Program-made: the position numbers and the translations under genes
The notes under the pieces: generated by a model
Told to the model about the DNA's origin: nothing
The model's database searches: none
What the model saw: the letters and a program-made list of their open reading frames with translations, nothing else
NCBI GenBank assembly: GCA_965656085.1
Contig: CBFHJA010000024.1
Span: forward strand, 494-64,493
Length of the DNA stretch: 64,000 nucleotides
Origin: an uncultured Aliishimia sp.
Lineage (GTDB): Bacteria > Pseudomonadota > Alphaproteobacteria > Rhodobacterales > Rhodobacteraceae
Direction of reading: 5' to 3'
Shown here: positions 36,471-44,270 of the stretch, piece by piece
Layout of the letters: the number at the start of each line of letters is the position of its first letter
Position numbering within the stretch: the stretch's first letter is position 1

Positions 36471-38111
36471 ATGAAGGACTTCATCGCCCCGCCCCAAACC
36501 GACCTGCGCCCGCCCTCCGAGGTCATGCGCCTCAGCCGCATGGGCGCAATGTTCCCGACCCGCCTGAGCTTCCTGCGCGTCCTCACCCGCGAACTGGTCG
36601 CCCATGGCACGTCGCCCCGTCGCACGCTCTGGGACATGGACGCCGAGGGCTATGGCCGCGCGGTCTACACGCTGGAGCTCCATGGCAGCCCCTATTCCCT
36701 CGTCGCCCTCAGCCAGCCGCTCGACGATGACAAACGCTCCGACCGGGTGATCGCGACGGCTTGGGACGCGGCCTTCGTGCTCTATGACGGGGAGCCCGAT
36801 GTGGCGGAGCTTGACCGCATCGCCGCCGCCGCGCCGTTGCAGGAGGCGGGCCGGTTCACGCAAGCCGATCTCGTGCTGAGCCGCGCGAACAAATCGGTGC
36901 GGCTCTGGACCCATTGCGTGGAGGCCCTGCGCGCGGGCCGCCAGCCGGACGCGGATCAGATCGACCGCATCGGCTATCTGATGCGCACGACAGCGGTTTA
37001 CGGCAATGGAAAATTCGGCATCGCCGACCGCGACCTGATCGCCGATCGTCCGGGGTTTTCGATGTCCTTCATGGCCGAGATGCTCACGGTCTGGCTGATC
37101 CGGGGCTTCACGCTCGACCTGCTCGAACATGTGGGCGGCGCGCCGCTGGACCGGAGCCTCAAGCGCCACCTCGGGATTGGCAATGCGACAGGCCTCGGCA
37201 TGGCCCCGTTCCTCGTGAGCCACCCGATCCTGCTGAACAATTGGATGATGGTGCGCGAAACCGCACTGGCCCGCGTCCGTGCCGTCCCGCATCTGACCGA
37301 CCCCCAACGCGCTGTGCTCCAAGACCTGCACACCCGCGCCGCCGCCCATCTCGCCGCATGGAAGGTGCCGGACCCGGCCCATCAGGCCCGCATCGACGCC
37401 TGCGCGCAGGATTGGGCCGCACTCGCCCCCGCCTTCGCCGCCGCAGAAACCCCCGAGGCGCTGTGGCAGGCCGGTCAGGCGCTTGGCACTGAGGCGCAGG
37501 AACTCCTCCTTGCAACCTTGCTGGAGCCGTTCGGCGAGCTGGTGGACGGGCTGGCGGAGTGCCTGACCGACCCGTTCGGCGGCTACGGACAGCCCTTCGC
37601 GGAGACCGGCGCGCTGCGCACGGCCTTGGAGCAGGATTACCACTGGGCGCTGACGCTCGATTTCGACACGGCAACCGAACGGGCCCGATTCTGGTATGTC
37701 TCGGAAGAAAAACTCGAACCCCGTCTTGGCGACCGTTTCGAAGAGCCGGGCGCAGAGCGCGAGTCGCCCCTCGATATCGCCTACCGGATCAAAGCGCTGC
37801 ACGCCGATCTGCCGGACAAGCCCGCGCCTCTCGCGGCGTTCCTCACGGACCACCCCGAGCACCTTCTGGCGGTCGAGCGCGCGCAGATCACCGCCGCGCA
37901 CCCTTACGCCGAAATCCGCGACAATCTCACCGCCGAGACCTGCCTGCCCATCGACATGCTGCGCGCCAAACTGGCCTGCTTTGGGGCGACGCGGTTCGAT
38001 CCCAAATCCGACCTCTGGACCAGGATCACCCTGGCCCAAGGCGCGCCGCTCTTCGACGAGCTGGACACGCCTTTGGCTGGGGACTGGTTCTGCCCGGCGC
38101 TTGTGCGATGA
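36471..38111 (+). CDS. uncharacterised conserved-looking protein (546 aa), no family recognised
   Basis: Long ORF in the coding frame with typical codon bias. It starts 5 nt after the dipeptidase stop and is ATGA-coupled to the next gene. I found no motif I can name. Confidence 0.75.
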   Translation: MKDFIAPPQTDLRPPSEVMRLSRMGAMFPTRLSFLRVLTRELVAHGTSPRRTLWDMDAEGYGRAVYTLELHGSPYSLVALSQPLDDDKRSDRVIATAWDAAFVLYDGEPDVAELDRIAAAAPLQEAGRFTQADLVLSRANKSVRLWTHCVEALRAGRQPDADQIDRIGYLMRTTAVYGNGKFGIADRDLIADRPGFSMSFMAEMLTVWLIRGFTLDLLEHVGGAPLDRSLKRHLGIGNATGLGMAPFLVSHPILLNNWMMVRETALARVRAVPHLTDPQRAVLQDLHTRAAAHLAAWKVPDPAHQARIDACAQDWAALAPAFAAAETPEALWQAGQALGTEAQELLLATLLEPFGELVDGLAECLTDPFGGYGQPFAETGALRTALEQDYHWALTLDFDTATERARFWYVSEEKLEPRLGDRFEEPGAERESPLDIAYRIKALHADLPDKPAPLAAFLTDHPEHLLAVERAQITAAHPYAEIRDNLTAETCLPIDMLRAKLACFGATRFDPKSDLWTRITLAQGAPLFDELDTPLAGDWFCPALVR

Positions 38112-38497
38112 GCTTTTCAGTGAACGAGACCCAGATGCTCGCGCAGAAGGCGGCGCGCGGGGCTGGGGCGCACCCGGCGCAGGCGGCGCATTTCGGACGG
38201 GCGGCGGTGCGCCATCTCGCAGCCGGGCGCGATCCCGATGATCTGCACGCTGCGCTGGACGCCTTGCCGGAGGGGCCGATTCAGACGCTGCCATTTGCGC
38301 CTGACGGCAGCGTGCTCGGGCGCAGCTATGCGGAGGCGGGTGCAGCCCCCGAGGCGCGTCCCGCTCTGCCCGCGCGCCTCAACGTCCCCGCGCCGCTCAA
38401 GGCGCGGATGGAGGCGTTGGCATGGCAGACCTATGTGCCGGCGACCGAGGCGTCGCGCGCGGCAGGCGCCGGGGCAGGGCTCACCGATAACGATTGA
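38108..38497 (+). CDS. small protein, DUF3726-like (assignment from memory, tentative)
   Basis: 129 aa starting MSFSVNETQMLAQKAARGAGAHPAQAAHFGRAAVRHL and ending ..SRAAGAGAGLTDND. Confidence 0.6.
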   Translation: MSFSVNETQMLAQKAARGAGAHPAQAAHFGRAAVRHLAAGRDPDDLHAALDALPEGPIQTLPFAPDGSVLGRSYAEAGAAPEARPALPARLNVPAPLKARMEALAWQTYVPATEASRAAGAGAGLTDND

Positions 38498-38595
38498 GGC
38501 GTTCCCGCCCCGCCCCGGGCTGGGTTTCTTGCCACGGCCCGCGCTCTGCGAGCACCAGCGATTGCGCTGGCGGCCCGGATCGGTCACAGTGCCCC

Positions 38596-39054
38596 ATGGA
38601 TTGGCTTCTCCTTCTCAGTTTTCTCGCGGCCTGCGCCGCGCCCGCCGCCTCCGGCGCCCTGTTCCGCCCCGGGGATTGGTATGAGGACCTTGCCAAACCG
38701 GGCTGGACCCCGCCGAACTGGCTCTTCCCGGTCGTCTGGGCGTTCTTGTATTTCACAATGTCATGGGCGGCGGCGCGGGTTGCCAGCATGCCGGACACCG
38801 GACAGGCGGTTGCCTTCTGGGCGATCCAGATCGCGTTCAACACGCTGTGGTCCGGGGTTTTCTTCGGTTTGCGCAAGATGTTCGCGGCGGGGGTGATCCT
38901 TGCGGCGCTGTGGCTGGCGGTAGCAACGACGATGTGGGCGTTCTGGCAGCATGACTGGCTCGCGGGGCTGCTCTTCGTGCCTTACCTTGTCTGGGTCAGC
39001 ATCGCGTTTGCGCTCAACTGGACGGTCTGGTCGCTCAATCGCGCGGCGGCCTGA
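38596..39054 (+). CDS. tspO: tryptophan-rich sensory protein (TspO/MBR family)
   Basis: 152 aa with five TM segments, ..WYEDLAKPGWTPPNWLFPVVWAFLY.. and ..PYLVWVSIAFALN.. signatures. Confidence 0.9.
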   Translation: MDWLLLLSFLAACAAPAASGALFRPGDWYEDLAKPGWTPPNWLFPVVWAFLYFTMSWAAARVASMPDTGQAVAFWAIQIAFNTLWSGVFFGLRKMFAAGVILAALWLAVATTMWAFWQHDWLAGLLFVPYLVWVSIAFALNWTVWSLNRAAA

Positions 39055-39275
39055 CGCCGTGAAGACCCGCCCCGGGTTTGATCTCAGCCTGTCGCGCCAG
39101 CGGCGGGCGTCACCCGGCAACACATCGCTGAATGTGTGAGAGGGCGGGGCCTCGCGGATCAGCGCACACATATTCGGCACAGGGGCCCTTCCGCCGCGTC
39201 GAGGCCCCGGGTCAAGCCCGGGGCGGGGTCAATTCGGGGCTGGCATCCGGCGTCTTTTCCCCACACAGTCGCGCC

Positions 39276-40025
39276 ATGCCTTTTGATCCCCATGTCTTTC
39301 GCCACACGCCTGCCCTGCGCGGCCGGATCACCCCGCCGGACCAATCCGAGATGCGCTTCGGACGGGATCGTTTCGACGAGCTCGACATTCAAGCCGCCGA
39401 GGAGGGCTGGCCGCCCGGCTGGCGCATGGATCACGACGCGCGCGAGGCAAACCGTCAGGAGATTCTTTCCGGGCGCTGGGATCAGGACCTCTGGGTCTTC
39501 GCCTATGGCTCGCTGATCTGGGATCCGGCGGTCTATGTGGAGGAATACCGCTATGGCTCGCTCATGGGCTGGCGGCGCAGCTTTTGCATGAAGCTCGAAG
39601 GCGGGCGCGGCACCCGCGAGCGGCCCGGCCTGATGGCGGCGCTCGATGAGGGTGGGCGCTGCGACGGCGTGGTGATCCGCATCGCCGCCGAGCGCGTCGA
39701 CGAGGAAACGCGCTTCATGTGGAACCGCGAGATGTTCGCGGGCTCTTATCGTCCGACGTTTCTGCAAGTGGACACGCCGCAAGGTCCGGTGGAGGCGCTC
39801 GCCTTCCTGATGGAACATAGCAACGAACGCTACATGCCCGATCTCGACGAGGACGACGCCGCGCGCATGATCGCGCTGGCGGAGGGCAATCTGGGGCCGA
39901 ATTTCGAGTATCTGGAAAACCTCATGCGCCATCTCGACGAGCTTGGGCTCGAAGATGCCGACATGCACCGGCTCTACACCAAGACCTGCGCGGTGCGCGC
40001 TCAGGCGAACGGGTCGGCCTCGTAG
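39276..40025 (+). CDS. ChaC-like gamma-glutamylcyclotransferase family protein
   Basis: 249 aa with [11 protein letters not shown] and the downstream catalytic-Glu region typical of ChaC. Its 3' end overlaps the truA 3' end by 25 bp (convergent). Confidence 0.7.
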   Translation: MPFDPHVFRHTPALRGRITPPDQSEMRFGRDRFDELDIQAAEEGWPPGWRMDHDAREANRQEILSGRWDQDLWVFAYGSLIWDPAVYVEEYRYGSLMGWRRSFCMKLEGGRGTRERPGLMAALDEGGRCDGVVIRIAAERVDEETRFMWNREMFAGSYRPTFLQVDTPQGPVEALAFLMEHSNERYMPDLDEDDAARMIALAEGNLGPNFEYLENLMRHLDELGLEDADMHRLYTKTCAVRAQANGSAS

Positions 40026-40768
40026 CGCACCCCGGCAAGGTAGAGCCCCTGCGGCGGGCAGACCGGCCCGCAGGCGGCGCGGTCGCGGGCCTCCAGCGCG
40101 GATTTCACATCGCGCGGCGTCCACGCCCCGGCCCCCACACGCTCCAGTGTACCGACGAAGCTGCGCACCTGATTGTGCAGAAAGGACCGCGCGCGCACGG
40201 TGAACTGCACCTCCGGCCCGTGGTCCCCATCCACCCGCATCACATTCAGCGCATCCAGCGTCTTCACCGGGCTCTCGGCCTGACAAATCGACGACCGGAA
40301 GGTGGTGAAATCATGCCGTCCGAGCAGGAAATCCGCCCCGGCCTGCATCGCCTCCACATCGAGCTCATGGTTCACCCGCCACACCAGCCCCGCCAGATGG
40401 GTCGCAGGCGCGCGGCGCATCAGCAGGCGGAACAGGTACCGCCGCTCCAGCGCCGAGAACCGCGCGTGCCAGTCATCCGCCACCCGCGCACAGGCGAGGA
40501 TCGCCACAGGATCGGGCTTCAAATGATAGTTCAGCGCCTCCGAGAGCCGGAACGGGTCCCAGTCCTTCTCCATGTCGCAATGCGCCACCTGCCCGAGCCC
40601 ATGCACCCCCGCATCCGTGCGCCCCGCCGCCGCAATCGTGTGCGCCCGAGGCTCCAGCCGCGCCAGCGCCGCCTCGATCGCGCCCTGCACCGAGGGCTGA
40701 TCCTTCTGGCGCTGCCAGCCAGCGAACGGTCCCCCGTGATATTCCACTTTCAAAGCATAACGCGGCAT
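40001..40768 (-). CDS. truA: tRNA pseudouridine(38-40) synthase
   Basis: 255 aa starting [21 protein letters not shown], with ..[16 protein letters not shown].. (catalytic Asp motif). Confidence 0.92.
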   Translation of the reverse strand: MPRYALKVEYHGGPFAGWQRQKDQPSVQGAIEAALARLEPRAHTIAAAGRTDAGVHGLGQVAHCDMEKDWDPFRLSEALNYHLKPDPVAILACARVADDWHARFSALERRYLFRLLMRRAPATHLAGLVWRVNHELDVEAMQAGADFLLGRHDFTTFRSSICQAESPVKTLDALNVMRVDGDHGPEVQFTVRARSFLHNQVRSFVGTLERVGAGAWTPRDVKSALEARDRAACGPVCPPQGLYLAGVRYEADPFA

Positions 40769-40821
40769 AAGGGGCGGATACCTTTGCTTTTCCCCGCTGG
40801 CAAGCCGGAGCCCGCGCACAT

Positions 40822-42270
40822 ATGTTGCGGGAGGAGACGCGCGCAAGGAACGCAGATTTGGTCATTACCACCATAGCCGAAGGGGTCGCGGATACGGCCC
40901 GGGCGCTCCGCGAGGCGGGCGAGGGGCTGGTCTCGGACCGGGTGATCCGGCTCGGCGTCACGGGTCTGGCGCGCGCGGGCAAGACGGTGTTCATCACCTC
41001 GCTGGTGGCGAACCTGATGAACCGGGGCCGAATGCCGGGCCTCTTGGCGGCCTCCGAGGGCCGGATCGAGGCGGCTTATCTGCAACCCCAACCCGACGAC
41101 ACCCTGCCGCGCTTCGACTACGAGACCCACCTTGCCGCGCTGACGGCCCGGGAGCCGCATTGGCCAGACAGCACCCGCGCGGTCTCCGAGTTGCGCCTCA
41201 GCTTGCGCGTCCGCCCCTCGGGGCTGCTGTCGGGGCTGCAGGGCGCGCGCACGATCCATCTCGATATCGTGGACTACCCCGGCGAATGGCTGCTCGATCT
41301 CGGGCTGCTGGATAAAACCTATGACGCATGGTCGCAAGAGACCCTCAACCGCCTCTCGGACCGGCCTGAGGCACAGACGTACCTGTCGGCTCTGGCGGGC
41401 ATTGACCCGCGCGACAGACTCGACGAGAGCACCGCCAAGGCGCTGGCAGCGGCCTACACCGCCTATCTGACGGCGGCGCGCGAGGCGGGCTATTCGGACT
41501 GCACGCCGGGACGGTTCCTGCTGCCCGGCGATCTCGATGGCTCTCCGGTCCTGACCTTCGCCCCGCTCCCGCTCGAAGAGGCCCCGCGCGGCTCGCTCCG
41601 CCGCGAGATGGAGCGCCGCTTCGAGGCTTACAAGGCCCGCGTGGTCAAACCGTTCTTCCGCGACCACTTCGCCCGGATCGACCGGCAGGTGGTGCTGGTC
41701 GACGCGCTTGGCGCAATCCACAAGGGCCCGCGCGCGGTCGAGGACATGCGCCGCGCCATGGCCGATATCCTCAGCGCCTTCCGTCCGGGCCGCAATGCCT
41801 TCCTGACCCAACTTCTGCTCGGCAAGCGCGTCGAGAAGATCCTCTTCGCCGCGACCAAGGCCGACCACCTCCACCATTCCCAACATGGCCGCCTCACCGC
41901 GATCATGGAGGCGCTGATGCAGGACGCGGTGGCGCGCGCGCAATTCGCCGGCGCGCGGACACAGGCGATGGCGCTGGCCGCGCTCAGGGCGACGACCGAG
42001 GAGATGATGCCCCATGAGGGCGGCGAGATCGGCGTTGTGCGCGGGCGCTTGCTGGAGACCGGCAAACAGGCGGCGTTCTATCCCGGCGACTTGCCGCAGG
42101 ACCCGTCGCATTTGCTGACCCCGGCGCGCGTCGGGGCGGAAAACTGGCTGGATGCGGACTATCAGGTGATGAACTTCGCCCCCGCCCCCCTGACCCTGCG
42201 CCCCGGAGATGGCCCGCCGCATCTGCGCCTCGACCGCGCTGCGGAGTTCCTGCTCGGGGATCGGCTGTGA
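40822..42270 (+). CDS. ycjX: YcjX-like ATPase (DUF463)
   Basis: 482 aa with the P-loop [23 protein letters not shown], colinear with E. coli YcjX. Confidence 0.85.
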   Translation: MLREETRARNADLVITTIAEGVADTARALREAGEGLVSDRVIRLGVTGLARAGKTVFITSLVANLMNRGRMPGLLAASEGRIEAAYLQPQPDDTLPRFDYETHLAALTAREPHWPDSTRAVSELRLSLRVRPSGLLSGLQGARTIHLDIVDYPGEWLLDLGLLDKTYDAWSQETLNRLSDRPEAQTYLSALAGIDPRDRLDESTAKALAAAYTAYLTAAREAGYSDCTPGRFLLPGDLDGSPVLTFAPLPLEEAPRGSLRREMERRFEAYKARVVKPFFRDHFARIDRQVVLVDALGAIHKGPRAVEDMRRAMADILSAFRPGRNAFLTQLLLGKRVEKILFAATKADHLHHSQHGRLTAIMEALMQDAVARAQFAGARTQAMALAALRATTEEMMPHEGGEIGVVRGRLLETGKQAAFYPGDLPQDPSHLLTPARVGAENWLDADYQVMNFAPAPLTLRPGDGPPHLRLDRAAEFLLGDRL

Positions 42271-42707
42271 GCCCGGTGCTGCGGGACGCAACGCCGCTCG
42301 ATGCGGGCCGTGTTGGCGCGATCCTGTCGGCCTTCATTGATGGCACGCCTTGGATGCCGCGCATCCACACCCGTGCCGAGGACCTCGCCCATGCCGGCAC
42401 GCTGATCGCGCGGGGCTGGGTGACTGTGGCGGAACTGGACAGCCGCGTGGAGGGGTTTCTGGCGCAGGACGGGGGGGTGATCCAATCGCTCTACATTGAT
42501 CCCGCGCGGCAGGGGCAGGGTCTGGGCTCCGCGCTCGTACACAAGGCGCAGACCGCCTCCGAGCGGCTCAGGCTCTGGACCTTTGCGGCAAATCGACCGG
42601 CACAGAACTTCTATGAAAAACACGGCTTTACCGAATCCGCGCGCACGGATGGCGCGGGCAATGACGAAGGCTTGCCCGATATCGAATATGTCTGGAGACG
42701 TGACTGA
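42267..42707 (+). CDS. GNAT-family N-acetyltransferase
   Basis: 146 aa with the acetyl-CoA loop RQGQGLGSALV and ..FYEKHGF... GTGA overlap with ycjX and TGATG overlap with ycjF. Confidence 0.8.
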   Translation: MSPVLRDATPLDAGRVGAILSAFIDGTPWMPRIHTRAEDLAHAGTLIARGWVTVAELDSRVEGFLAQDGGVIQSLYIDPARQGQGLGSALVHKAQTASERLRLWTFAANRPAQNFYEKHGFTESARTDGAGNDEGLPDIEYVWRRD

Positions 42708-43711
42708 TGGCGAAAGGCCCGATCCTGTTTGACCTCAGCGAGGCCGCCGAGACACCCTCGGTCGCCGAGGCCCCCCCGGTGCCCGACCTCGGGCCCGACG
42801 CGCCGCCCAAGGGGCAGGCGATGCAGGCCGCCGCGCTGATCGCCGCGCGCGGGCCGTCGCGGCTGGCGCGTTGGTTCTGGGGCTTGCTGGTGACCCTGAT
42901 CGGAGCGGTGGTGTCCATTGCCGCGTATGATTTCATGGTCGCGCTGATCGAGCGAAACCCGATCCTCGGCTATGGGATGACTGCGCTGACCGCGCTGTTC
43001 CTGCTCGTGCTCGCGGCCATTGCGACGCGCGAATTGGCCGCGTTCGGGCGTCTGTCCCGGCTCGACGATCTGCGCCATGCGGCGGACACAGCGCTTGCAG
43101 ATGCCGATCTCAAGGCGGCGCGGGCGGTGACGGTGCGGCTCGATACGCTCTACCGCGCGCGTCCGGATACCAAATGGGGCCGCGAACGGCTGGCTGAACT
43201 TGCCCCCGACCAGATCGACGCCGCCGCGCTGCTCGGCGTAGCGGAGGCCGAACTGCTTGCCCCGCTTGATGCGGCGGCGTCCCGCGAGGTCGAAGCGGCG
43301 GCCCGGCAGGTGGCGACCGTGACCGCGCTGGTGCCGCTGGCGCTCGCGGATGTGGCCGCCGCTCTGACGGCCAACCTGCGCATGATCCGCCGGATCGCCG
43401 AGATTTACGGCGGTCGCAGCGGGGTCTTGGGCGGCTGGCGTCTGACCCGTGCGGTGATGGCGCATCTGGTGGCCACGGGCGCGGTGGCGGTGGGCGACGA
43501 CATGCTGGAGCCGGTGCTGGGCGGCTCGATCCTCGGCAAACTGTCCCGGCGCTTTGGCGAGGGGCTGGTGAACGGCGCGCTGACCGCCCGGGTGGGCGTG
43601 GCCGCGATGGAGGTCTGCCGCCCGCTGCCTTTCTCGGACCGGCTCCGGCCCCGCGCGCGCGACTTGGTCAAGCGCGCGCTGACGGGCCTGTTTGGCTCCC
43701 GCGACGGGTGA
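42707..43711 (+). CDS. ycjF: YcjF-family membrane protein (UPF0283/DUF697)
   Basis: 334 aa with two central TM helices and the C-terminal ..NLRMIRRIAEIYGGR.. block. Confidence 0.8.
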   Translation: MAKGPILFDLSEAAETPSVAEAPPVPDLGPDAPPKGQAMQAAALIAARGPSRLARWFWGLLVTLIGAVVSIAAYDFMVALIERNPILGYGMTALTALFLLVLAAIATRELAAFGRLSRLDDLRHAADTALADADLKAARAVTVRLDTLYRARPDTKWGRERLAELAPDQIDAAALLGVAEAELLAPLDAAASREVEAAARQVATVTALVPLALADVAAALTANLRMIRRIAEIYGGRSGVLGGWRLTRAVMAHLVATGAVAVGDDMLEPVLGGSILGKLSRRFGEGLVNGALTARVGVAAMEVCRPLPFSDRLRPRARDLVKRALTGLFGSRDG

Positions 43712-44050
43712 GCGGGGGGACGCGCCTGTGGCGCGTTGCGAGGGCTCTGCCCAAGCCTGCCGCGCCAGCGGCGGGCGACGTCCGGCAGGTGCTTGTCACG
43801 CTGCAAGCGTGCCTTTGGCACGACAGAAAAGCTGCCGGGAGGACCACCATGTTCAAAGGTTAATGCGGCCCCACCGCACGGTGCTTTAACACCCTCATTT
43901 CGCGGAACGAATCGTGATTTGTATGTACAGGTGCCATACGCTTAGCCATACGCCGAGCCATACACCTGCCAGACCTTGTTTTTATGGCGTTAACGCCTGA
44001 AATCAGGTTTTTCGTGATCCTGAAGCCGCGCAACGTTCGGTGCGTTAACC
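43712..44050 (-). repeat. mosaic intergenic repeat, copy C (inverted; TIR-bounded core 43857-44050 preceded by a different GC-rich module)
   Basis: Units GTATGTAC at 43921 and GCCATAC at 43933, 43945 and 43957 (12-bp period). GTTAAC at 43989 and 44044. The left part carries AGCCTGCCGCGCCAGCGGCGGGCGACGTCCGGCA, also seen at 39086-39119. Confidence 0.9.
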
Positions 44051-44270
44051 TTTTGCGCCGCCCTGTGGGGCCGCCGGACGCGGCGCGACATCGTTGCTTG
44101 CCCTTCCCCTCGTGCCCCGCCTATAACGCGGCCATGCTGAACCACCGCTGCATACCGCGAATTACAACCCCGGCGCTCTGAAAGCCAAAGAGCCGCCGGG
44201 CCAAGGTGCTTGAGGACCCTCGCACCGCCGCACCCATTTTCTCACAATGCCGACCCTGAAGGACGCCCCC

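Noticed and set aside
40001-40025. 25-bp overlap of the convergent 3' ends of the chaC-like gene and truA, considered as a possible mis-annotation or antisense regulation.
   Set aside because: Both reading frames have homolog-like C-termini up to their stops. Short convergent overlaps are common in compact genomes, so this is not notable on its own.
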